Source of the DNA: Schmidtea polychroa | Lineage: Eukaryota | Direction of reading: 5' to 3' | Assembly: GCA_044892525.1 (NCBI GenBank) | Contig: CM097888.1 | Location: 43,958,001-44,022,000, forward strand | DNA length: 64,000 nucleotides | Position numbers and translations under genes: made by a program | The notes under the pieces: model-generated | Told to the model about the DNA's origin: nothing | The model's database searches: none | The model's input: only the letters and a program-made list of their open reading frames with translations | Shown: positions 1-10,545 of the stretch, in pieces | Numbering within the stretch: position 1 is the stretch's first letter | How the letters are laid out: each line of letters starts with the position of its first letter

Positions 1-421
1 CAATAATATATAATCAATACCGATTTTGTGATTTATCAATAGGAAGCGGCAAATTTGAAAAGTAATTTGTTTGAACAAAATTTTATCTGGATTTATAAAT
101 GAGTTGAGCAGAAAGAAAACAGATGTGAAAGAATCAGAATTTACATTTGTTAACAACGGCAAATAGATTTTTGTATAAATATTTACTCGACACAAATTTT
201 GATTGCTTTAAAACGAATATGGGAAATTGAGAGATTCGCAGCATAAAAATTTATCCAGAAGTTATTTTATGGTTTTAAAGGTACATAAAGGGAACAAAAT
301 GAAAGCAAGCAATAGAAGAGTCGGTTTAAGAGAATAAATTTATCTCATTTCGACCGATAATATGTTGATAAAATTGTCAATAGTAAAGGAAATCTCTTAA
401 ATTATATTTTAGAATTTATTA

Positions 422-425
<4 letters not shown>

Positions 426-464
<39 letters not shown>
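426..464. repeat. (ATT)n microsatellite
   Basis: About 13 uninterrupted units. Confidence 0.95.
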
Positions 465-465
<1 letters not shown>

Positions 466-1414
466 ATTTTTTATGTAATTAATTTTTAATTTTAATTAAT
501 TTAAATAATCAATTATTATCAAAAAAATATATTTAAAAATTGTGAATAAATTATTTTCATAAATTAAATTTTATTTTAACTTATAGATTTCATGAGTAAT
601 ATTAATTAATAAATTAAAATAAATTAACCATATATTCCATTCGAAATCAACAACAACAATCAATTTACCACCCAAACTATTTAAAACACAACAGATTACA
701 CGTTCTCAATAATTATTAAAATTTTTAAGTAAAATTTTAAAATCAGACTAATATTATCACTAATATTGCTCCTCCCTGTCGAATGACAGTGTTCACAAGC
801 TCGACTACAGAGAGGGCGGTTTCCAGTGGCTCTAACAAGGAAAGAATGAAAATTTCATTTGAATAATATAATTCCTATTGTCTTAATTTGAGATAGTTCG
901 AGAATAGTTTGGTAATGCAGGATTGTTGGTAATATAGCTTTGCATCCATTACACGTAAATCGATATTCAAATCATGGATATGGAGGAAAGCCGTCAAGGG
1001 AAATGGAGAAATACCAGCAGGTTAGTTCTTTGCCTTCTCTATCGTAGTCATATAGAAAACAAGTCAATACTTGAGTTGTTCCCCATCTCCCCTCCTGCTT
1101 TGCAATCATTAGAAAATCAACCATAAACCGGTAGCTTAAGTGTGTATTTCAAAACTGGGAAAAAAATCTTTGAAAGCGCTTTGTGCACCAGAATTAATGA
1201 GAAACATGATGTCAATGGTCCGGAATTTTCTCATTTGTCCCCATTTGCTGGACACAATTGTTTAACGGGAGAGCTCAGTAATAAAGAGTCGCATTATGTC
1301 ATATTAACAAAGCCTCCATAAAAGCAACATAATGCTTATTGTGTATTCATTTCCTATAAAAATGAAGCATTGTTCCAATAATCAGTTCCAATAACAGAAT
1401 TTCCCACAACCTTC

Positions 1415-1428
1415 GTTGCCATAGTGAC
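1415..1428 (-). promoter_or_regulatory. RFX X-box-like motif
   Basis: Minus strand GTCACT-AT-GGCAAC fits the GTHNYY-AT-RRNAAC consensus exactly. About 320 bp past the RIIAD1 stop. Confidence 0.35.
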
Positions 1429-1743
1429 TAGATTTAAAACGAAAGACATTGTAACATTATTTACAAATTTATTCATTAATTTCTACCCTGTAAACATTTA
1501 TTAATTCGAATAACTCATCAATTACAATTAATTTTAGATTTAAAATAGAAATTTCGCATATATATGACCTACTTCTTCATCAGTTGACCTAGATTTCAGG
1601 TAAAATAAAATAACATGAATAATGAAATTAAAAATGATTTTCATATATTTTTATCACTATTCTTATTGAGATTATTTAATTGTTTTGATAATTAATTTAG
1701 TACGTTAATAAAATAATCAAAAATTAAATCCAAACCATACAAT

Positions 1744-1798
1744 TTAGTCTTGTATATATTTATCAGAATAATAATTTGGTTCTTTTGCTTGATTATTT
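1744..1798 (-). CDS. RIIAD1: RIIAD1-like, putative third (last) coding exon
   Basis: caaatag acceptor; phase 2 gives (R)NNQAKEPNYYSDKYIQD* and an 84-aa product. Only weakly similar to the expected EIFLKRPDNILEFAADYFTD segment. Confidence 0.4.
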
Positions 1799-1910
1799 CT
1801 ATTTGTTTTATAAATTTCAATTTAGTATTTACACATTAAAATATATCAATTCAATTTTTAAATAAATTTTAATTAAGCACATGACTTATAATCAAGATTT
1901 GTTGAATTAC

Positions 1911-1987
1911 CTGAGAAATGCTGATATCATGCATTCAATCTCCGGATGATTTCTGAGATAAAATTCATTTTCTAGTCTCATATTAAT
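1911..1987 (-). CDS. RIIAD1: RIIAD1-like, second coding exon
   Basis: After a 44-nt GT-AG intron (2031-1988): INMRLENEFYLRNHPEIECMISAFL+AG|gtaatt, matching RIIAD1 IQTRIANEKYLRxHxEVExLISGF. Confidence 0.85.
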
Positions 1988-2031
1988 CTTAATTTTTAGT
2001 TAAACTATTCTATATTGAAATGGATAAACAC

Positions 2032-2154
2032 TTTTAATTGATTCAATTTAGCTTGTTGTTCAGTACTTAAAGCTCCAAGATCATCGGCACTCGATGATAT
2101 ATCATATGGTTCCATGCCTCTTGGAGGATCGTGTTTCGGTGGATCGGAAATCAT
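2032..2154 (-). CDS. RIIAD1: RIIAD1-like (RIIa D/D-domain protein), first coding exon
   Basis: MISDPPKHDPPRGMEPYDISSSADDLGALSTEQQAKLNQLK|gt; resembles the RIIAD1 N-terminal GALSxxQxExLxxFK segment. The ATG directly follows a tatag acceptor, implying an upstream UTR exon. Confidence 0.8.
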
Positions 2155-3179
2155 CTATATAAAATAAATATAATAAAATCTATTCAAACTATGTAATTTT
2201 AAATGACAATTTAAATAAATTAATAATAACTTAAACTTGAAACTTATTATTTGAATGAATGAAAATTAATAGTAAAATTATTCTAAAAAAATATTTATAA
2301 TCTAGAATATTTACAAATATTGAACACCTTACTTAGCAACAAAATAACTATGAAATTTCATTTTAAACAAGAATGTTTTCTTATTAATATTTTTAAATTA
2401 CTTTATAACTAGAATTCAATAACATTTGTTTGACCACTACTTACTTGATTTTTTTAAATTTAATTTTCATAAAAAATTAATTTTCTATTCATCTTAAAAT
2501 TCTTACTCAAAGAAATCGTAGAACAGTACCAAACGTATAAATGTGTCAATCTTTCACCTATAAAATGGACAAAAACACTTGAATGTACGGGAACTTTAAT
2601 AGAACTTTAATACGGGAACTTTAATAGTAATAGATGCAACACATTATAATAACTCATTATTCTTGAGTGTAATTGATTGTGGACTGAGTAGATTTTCAAT
2701 CTAGCAGAAACTGAAATATGCATTCGAAATACTCTTGAACATTGGTAGAACGTTCCACTCCAATGAAATATTGTACAAGTTGCTGTGCAATGCCCTTAAA
2801 CTCTCGGGAAACGGTATTATGGAGAGATCCCACTGAACAGTTAAAAAGACGATGGCACGAGTATGGTGTGACTCAGAGAAAGCTGTATTTTTGTACAACT
2901 CTCTTCCGACGAATGGCGTTAGCATAGATTCCGTTCAAGCAAATTTGATATGACAACATCAACAGCAGAAGATTAAATTAATCAACATATACAAGACATC
3001 AGATTGGCCTCAAGGAATATTAATACAGAAATTAATTTTTTCAATATTTGTAAGACTATCACATTCAAAATAATACACAATATATGATGTACATTATATA
3101 TTATTTTGATCTATAGTCTTTAAAATATTATTATGAAAATATTATTTTAAAAAGGAATCATATCAGTCATTTATAATCG

Positions 3180-3345
3180 AATTGACTGTGAAACGATGGC
3201 CCTGGATTCATTTTGATCTACAATAATGCATTCATCACAATAATATATCTTCATTGAATAATCAAATTGAAAAGTTGCCTGCATATAGTCCATTTTTGAA
3301 CCCCATCGAAAGTGTGTTCAGCAAAATTAAAAACGGGGTAAGTAT
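3180..3345 (+). mobile_element. Tc1/IS630-like transposase fragment (DDE_3 C-terminus)
   Basis: 3275-3340 reads LPAYSPFLNPIESVFSKIKNG, the canonical LPPYSPxLNPIExxFSxIK motif. Upstream FILIYNNAF resembles the xxxDNA motif in another frame. Confidence 0.8.
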
Positions 3346-4329
3346 TAAAGTTTCTTCAGCTGATGGTTTTAGCAGACAGATTTACCTCCAATGACTGATT
3401 TACTGCAATATCCCAAGCAGTTAACGAAGAACTTCATAAACCAGATTATAGTAATTTGAAAAATCATATAATCGTTTGAATAATCATATTAAAAGATTGT
3501 TCCCTAAATGCTTGAAGAAACAGGATATTTTAGGTGAACTATGAAAAGTTTAGTGTATATTTAAATAAATAAATATCTTACTTCATTTTTCATTATTTTA
3601 ACATAAAAACTTAAATTATAATTAAAAACCAAAACAAAGCTCAATTGAAATTTCTTATTCAATGTCTCATTAATGATTATCAATTGCGTCTGGTATATAA
3701 TGTTGATATAAAAAAATTATGGAAAATTGATCTGCCTACTGAAATGTCATTAAAATATATTAATTCACACAATTATCACAAAAACCAGGTATTTAATTGT
3801 GATAAATATACAATAACATTTAAAAAGTATTATTTTTCCGTATAAAATATTGAAACTTTATTTTTAGGGATTTTCAGAAAATAATCATTTTGTTACATAA
3901 TTTTCACAATGATTTCTATCTATTATATCATACTTTTGGTTTCATATAGTTAATAAAAAGGTTTTTGATTATTTCATGTAATGTAACGATGTTGGTTTGA
4001 ACAGTGGGAGCTCATTAATTGAATGCCCAAACAAACAGTGTAACAAATGTCCAGTTCATTATATTCGCATAACCCCATTAAAAACGAAAGATTTCATTAT
4101 GCACAGGCTTATTTATTAAAGATCAAGTTTATTACTTTATGTAGTGACTTTAAAGTCCATTCTTAAGCTATTAAAAACTCTAGAATATAGTTAAAGTTCC
4201 AAAGAGAATAGGGTGGTCTCTGAAAAACTTTACGAATTTGTATTTTATTTAAATAACACATATTTTGCAGCAGTTACGTGGGGTATTTAATAACTACCAA
4301 AACTATGTGACAAAGAAAACCAACAGGAA

Positions 4330-5245
4330 CGGGATACTTTAACATAGGAACAACAAGGCCATGTAAGCTTTATATTTCAATACAAGACCCATTATGGTTT
4401 ATACACTTCCTCCAGCGATGCAAGAGTTCCAAAAATGTATTTAGGAGAACATTGGGCTTTGATTTTTCAAGAAAAACTCCATATACAGTTGCAAATGTAC
4501 TGTAATTTCATTGATTTTCTCTTCCAAATGTTCCTTTATATGCCTGAAAACGGCTGGGCACAAGATCGGGACTGTATGGATGTTATCTAAGAGAACAAAT
4601 CTATTTTTTCTATATCACCACCATTGTTCCTACACTTTTATGGATTGGCAAGCTATCTTGGAGGAACCATAAAGGAAAACCACATAACTTTTGGCGATTA
4701 AATGCGGAAGTATCGATTAGATTGATGTAGTAAGTGGAATTAATTTGCAAACCTATTTCCGCGAAACTCATACAGATTATATGTTTTGGATCCCAAAAGA
4801 TTGTCAACATTAATGCTTTTTAATGAAGTGTTCCAGATTTCATCTTATTGGAGCTTGTTTCTCCAATGAATTTTCATTCGATGGACTCCTTTGTCTCATT
4901 AACACACACGAATAAACGGGTTTCATTCACAATAATGTTATTTCTGAGGAATTAGTCATCATGTTTAATAATGATAATAAGGTTTGCCATTTAGGACTTC
5001 TTTCGGTTTTCACACATTTCAAAGGAAAAAAACGTTGGACGAACTTGGATGCCAATTTCCTTGTGCCAGATTCATTCAAGACGACAAAACACTCCCGTTT
5101 TCACATTCAACTGCTGTGAGATATCTTTGATAGTGATTCGGTGATCTTTCATAATTTACAAATACTTCCCTCTTTGAATCAGATACTTGAAAAACAAGCA
5201 ACATTCTTATCATCAGACACTGAGCGCACCATTAATAGCTGAAAT
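4330..5245 (-). mobile_element. Decayed mariner-type transposase
   Basis: Motif series with stops and shifts: GTRKLASKFVQR (cf. GMRKLAAKWVPR), NIIVNETRL (cf. IVTGDETW), KALMLTIFWD, FLQDSLPIHKS, HPYSPDLVPS at 4553-4582 (cf. HPPYSPDLAPS). Confidence 0.85.
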
Positions 5246-6660
5246 AATTAAAAATGAAATAAAATATATTAAATTAAAATCTGTGACTGAATAGATATCA
5301 AGGAACAACATAACCCATCTGAATTTGAAGAAAATGTATGAGTATAAAAGACATTGAAAAAGATTAGTTAATATTCAGTTTATATATAAAAATTTAAAAA
5401 ATAAATTAAAAATTAAAATAGTTAAAATGAGAATTAATATGCTGAAAAAAGTTTTGTTGAAAAAGACGAAAAGCAGAAAATACATGTTAAAAATAAGAAA
5501 TTGCTATCTAATTAAAAATAATTTTTAATGAAGTCTAAATGAAATCGGAAGAAAATCTGAAGGGAAATAATAATAATTTTCTATAGCGCAGAATTACAGC
5601 ATTTTTAGAACATTGTAAATTGTATCACTTATTTATTATGTAAAATTTGTAACAGCATCGTTACACCAAATTTATTTCAATTTTTTAACAGTTTTTGACA
5701 TTTATTTCCACTTTTCTCTTAAAAATATGTTGATATGAAATTTAATTACCTTCGCAGAATCCCAAAAACGTCATGTTATTAATAAATAATGAATTAAAAA
5801 AATAAAAGTGATTACTTTTCCAAAAATTTCTAAATATAAATTATTATTTAATTTTAATTAAAAATTTAATTTATTAATAAATCTTTTAGTTACAAAGCTT
5901 TTTGTATTAATGAGATCCATCATTAAAATTTATATTATAATATTTATTCTATTATTGTGTCATTTGAATATTATTAAAACCAATTTACACGATAAATTCT
6001 TTAACATCAAGTATGGTATAAATAAGAAATTCAACAAACATTCTTTATATTGACCATTTCCAAATTTAATATGATATAAGCAGAAGAATATGTTCACTAC
6101 CTGCACATGTAAAATACTTACACCAGTTTGCTGTGAACAAACGCATCTATAATGTAAAAATAGAATCAATACGTGTATATTATATAAACATACAAACTTA
6201 TCTGTATGTTGATTTTTAGCGTTGCAATGAACAAACGCATTTAATGTGGAAAGTGGTAGAAAAAATCAGCTGACACACAAAAACACAACACATAGTAAAA
6301 AATACAGGCAAATTTTCGATATGTGGAATCGCTGTAATAAATAAACACTACTATAATAAATAATTTTTTGAAAAAAATGACCGAAAAAATTTGACGAAAA
6401 TTCCGAAAACTCAACTTTGAGTTGTATAGATAAAGACATTATTTTGTAAGATTTATCTTCAATTTTTAATAAATTTAATTAGTTTTTTTAATACAACATG
6501 ACAATATTCGACTAATTACTCTATTTATGTATAGTTAAAAATATATCTGACTTACATTATATCGAAATAATTTTAAATAACTTCATAAATTTCATAAAAA
6601 TCTAAAAAAACCTTAAATTTAATTATAATTTATAATAAAAATGTTGATAAAAAGTAATAT

Positions 6661-6715
6661 TTAAGAGCTTGAATAATGATCTCATATCTGTATGAGATCA
6701 TTATTCAAGTCTTAA
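6661..6715. repeat. Hairpin: 19-bp perfect stem, 4-nt loop, plus 6 bp after a 1-nt bulge
   Basis: CTTGAATAATGATCTCATA-tctg-TATGAGATCATTATTCAAG (6668-6709), extended by TTAAGA/TCTTAA. Confidence 0.9.
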
Positions 6716-7296
6716 AATTTACTTTAAATAAAAAAAATTACATGAGAGCCATTTCTAAATTGGCTAAAATAGTTAAATATAAATTACATTATTTCATTAA
6801 ATTAACTATTTCATCAGAAATATCTTATGATATACTGTAGTGACGCATCAATAATTGATTGTACCCATCAACCTGTATTATAGATGCGTTTGTTCACTGC
6901 AAACGTGTGTATTAGAAACATGCAGTCAAAACCACGTGAAAAATGCAAAGCACATACAGTTCTATCCTAATTTGCCACCGTGTCAAATAAACTCACGATT
7001 TTTAGTTAGATGTATGTTGATACATTTTCTATGCAACAACAAAAGATGTTTACCGTAAATATAATGTACAGTTTGACTGCTTAAATCAAATTCAATTTGA
7101 AAATGTTGTAATTAAATTGTCATTTAATATATATGGTTCCATAAACTTCCGGACTTAATGTACTGGATTATCGAGAATGGAATCCCAGTGTAGGAACATA
7201 AGGCTGATTAACAATTTAAAAATATATTCATACAATAAACTTGATAACAATCTAGATATTGATACAAAACAATGAATTCATCTTTCATTTTTGAAT

Positions 7297-7590
7297 TTGA
7301 AATGCGATCTGATATTGCCGCTTGACAAACTACGGATACTGATAAGGCATGAATACATTGAAAACATGAAAATTGATATTGATTCGATTATTGATCTGAT
7401 ATAGAGGTGAAGCCGAGTCATGTTCAACAAGCAACTATAACCATGTTGAGTCTTGAAATGCGATCTTATATTTCCGTTAGATGAATTTCGAATACTGGTA
7501 AGGCAGGAATATATGGAGAACATTGAAATTGGTGCTGATTCGATTATTTATCTGTTATGGAGTGAAGCAATTCCATGTTCAACAAGTTGC
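7297..7590. repeat. 156-bp-period diverged tandem duplication, coding-like
   Basis: TTGAAATGCGATCT at 7297 and 7453; similarity continues through TCGATTATT and CATGTTCAACAAG in both copies. Confidence 0.85.
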
Positions 7591-9073
7591 CGTGTTGATC
7601 ATTGTAGAATTGACTATAAAAAATGATTTATCTTCGGATACATTTAAAGGTGACGATAAAAAAGTAAATATTTAAACAAAGTAATTTTTTGTATATTATA
7701 TCGATAATGTATTTGTTAATTTTTAATTTAATTAATTAAAAAAACTTAATAAAATTACATAAAGTTAAATGTGTACTATTTGGATTTAAATTTATTCGAA
7801 TTTGTAATTTTTACTTTTGAAAATTTGAAAACAGGAAAATATAAGTGTCACATAATTTTAATACAAACAAAAAACAGTAGATTTTTGATTATCCAAAATA
7901 TTGTCAACCAAGTCCAGTTAACCAGTGCAATAAAAATAAAAAATTTTTAAATAATTTTTTACAATTACATGAATTTGTACAATTTCATTAACTTGTAAAA
8001 ATAACTACTTAATACTAAGCGAGTACTAGAAAATAAAACTAACATAATTGCCAAATGTCAAATTTCCAAAATATCACAATCACTAGTCCATATTAAACAA
8101 TAAAAACAAACATTTTGCTGCCGTACTGTAAATAAAATGATAATTTTTGTTTCGTCCTTTTTGCAATTTGTTTTCGATTTCGAGAATAAAGAGAGTCGGT
8201 TTATTAGGGTTTCTTTTTCCTACCACCTCGGATAATCAAGAGTCAACTTAATACAATTACGACATATTTATAATATAATGATTTAAGTTTTTATTTTTAA
8301 GGTTTATGAAATAATGCAATTTATACTTTTCTTGGTGGGACAAATTTATTCTTTAAATAATTTTTATAATTTAATTAAACACACAATTGCAATCTCTATA
8401 TTATTTACATGCGAATGTATAAAATAAGAGTTGTGGAATTTAAATCAAATTATGTGTTTTATTTAAAAGAAAGAGATAAAGAAAATGGAAAAAAAGTAAT
8501 TGGCGAAAAAGATTTTTCTGATTATAATATTGTACAAAAAATCATCATTATATTGGCTACATCACTTCTAGGATTTATAGGATCCATAACATATGATTAA
8601 TTCAAATCATGTTTATTTGATTACAATAATATTTAAACAAATTGTTATTTTATTTGAAGATTTTTTCTGAAATAATAATTAATGAATAAGTAAGGGTTTC
8701 AATATTCAATCATACTTTCATACAATACTAATTTAATAATAGGTTATTTTAAACGTCTTACAAACATCGTATATTTATCAAGGTTTAGCCACGAATTAAC
8801 GAATTAACATGAAAATAAAAAACATATTATATTTATTTAAAGGTATTAAAACAAATTAAAAATACAATAAAATAAAATCAACATCCTCAATTTTGAACCT
8901 TTTCTTCTTATTTTACTTTAAAAATAGATAGAATAATAACATTTTCAAATAGTATAATATACATTATACTATGCTTCTGAGTAGCAAATGTGACGCCTCA
9001 AACTGAACCCTTCGACAACAGTACTGGAATTTATCACATAGAAATAAGAAATTCGACAAAGATTTATCAAATT

Positions 9074-9687
9074 TTAAGTTTGAATCGAGTCTGAGTATGA
9101 TTGATTTGAGTTTGTTCGGGTCAAATCAACTGAAGTCGAGGGTCCATTGTACAGTACTGTTTTCGTACTTGAGGAAGCAGATGTTGTACTTGTGACTAAT
9201 GACGAAGATCTTTCATCTGGATTAGATGCCCCTGAATCGAGGTCCTTTTCCGAGAGTTTTCTTATGTGCATAGGTGTAAGTCTCGGATGACATCTTGGTG
9301 TTGAACATTCACTAGAATTATTAGGTGCCATGTGAGTATACTGATCTTTCATTAACATTGAATCAATTGGTGAATAATGATGAAATTTTAAAGTTGAATT
9401 TGTATTAAACTTTGAATTTGAATTCGGAAAGTGATATCTCGGTAAACTTAATGAGTTATATGATGAATAACCAATTGACGAAATGTCAGCGTTCATGGGG
9501 GTCACTGATGACATTGAAGGATCTCCTTGAGAAAATGTGGGAAATGGACTAGGATGACCGGGTTGAATTATGGTTTCTTCTGGCAACACATAACAATAAC
9601 ATCCTGATCTTGAAGGACTAGCTGGTATGGGGACACATGGTCTGAATGGTCCACGAACTGGCTGGCGAATAGTGTAATAATTTTGTC
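9074..9687 (-). CDS. Protocadherin terminal coding exon 5 (Ser/Pro-rich cytoplasmic tail)
   Basis: aaatatag acceptor, phase 1: (G)QNYYTIRQPVRGPFRPCVPIPASPSRSGCYCYVLPEET...SYSDSIQT*. 614 nt open in a very AT-rich background; phase matches exon 4. The link to the cadherin gene rests on strand, phase and composition. Confidence 0.78.
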
Positions 9688-10140
9688 CTATATTTAAAAT
9701 AAAATCTTGATAATTCTGTCATGATAATAAGTTTTTAGTACAATTAGGCTATTAAAATATTATTAAATGACTTTCCAATTTCATTGAAAAACAAATTTCT
9801 TTATATTCTTATTTTATTAAACTAAAAACAACACTTTAAACAATAATCTGAAAGAATAAAGGTAAACGAAATTTTACATGAAAATAGATCAATGGTGAAA
9901 AAGATAATATGTGAAAAATCAGACAACATATTTTTATATATACATTTTCATATTTAAGATTTTCTTTTTNNNNNNNNNNNNNNNNNNNNNNNNNNNNNNN
10001 NNNNNNNNNNNNNNNNNNNNNNNNNNNNNNNNNNNNNNNNNNNNNNNNNNNNNNNNNNNNNNNNNNNNNNNNNNNNNNNNNNNNNNNNNNNNNNNNNNNN
10101 NNNNNNNNNNNNNNNNNNACTGGCCTTCCAATTCGTATAA

Positions 10141-10545
10141 CACATAAATCTTTGATATTGAGGGAAGCTCTGGCAAACAACATAATAAAGAAAACAATTA
10201 CACAATTGAAAACTGCCAGACGCCTAATAAAATATTCTTTTAAAAAAACGTTGTCTACTGCATCATGTGTAATGTATGCAAAGAAATATTCATTGGAAGT
10301 ACGCTCAGATCTTGCACCAAATAGTTAATGAGCATCTAGATCTTTTTGGAAAATCCACGATCCACAGATATCTCTAACAATGTCAACTAAGGAAAGAAAG
10401 AAACAATATTTTAATTGAAATCTTAGGCAATGGAAACATTCTAAAAAAATGTCAGATTTTAAGAGGCAATTCTCATCACAAACATACGGTCAACAATCAA
10501 CACTAAAGAAGAGATCAATGAAATCACCAGTCTGATTAGTTGCTA
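10141..10545 (+). mobile_element. Penelope-like retroelement 3' remnant (GIY-YIG endonuclease)
   Basis: KNVVYCIMCNVCKEIFIGSTLR (about 10244-10310) and C-terminal AILITNIRSTINTKEE, typical of PLE endonucleases. The 5' side abuts an N gap. Confidence 0.8.

Noticed and set aside
70-155. Plus-strand KILSGFINELSRKK resembling a RIIa-like helix
   Set aside because: Short, stop-bounded and at the window edge; most likely coincidence.
1550-1600. Possible further RIIAD1 exon (STDEEVGHIYAKFLF*) or a plus-strand exon ending CAG|gtaaaa
   Set aside because: No similarity to the family and no consistent partner exon.
2701-2940. Overlapping short ORFs in a GC-raised patch upstream of the Tc1 fragment
   Set aside because: No recognisable motif; may be part of the adjacent decayed transposon but I cannot support a call.
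7135-7200. SGLNVLDY, resembling the SPDLNPLDY motif of Tc1/DD37D transposases
   Set aside because: A single short degenerate motif with no supporting neighbours.
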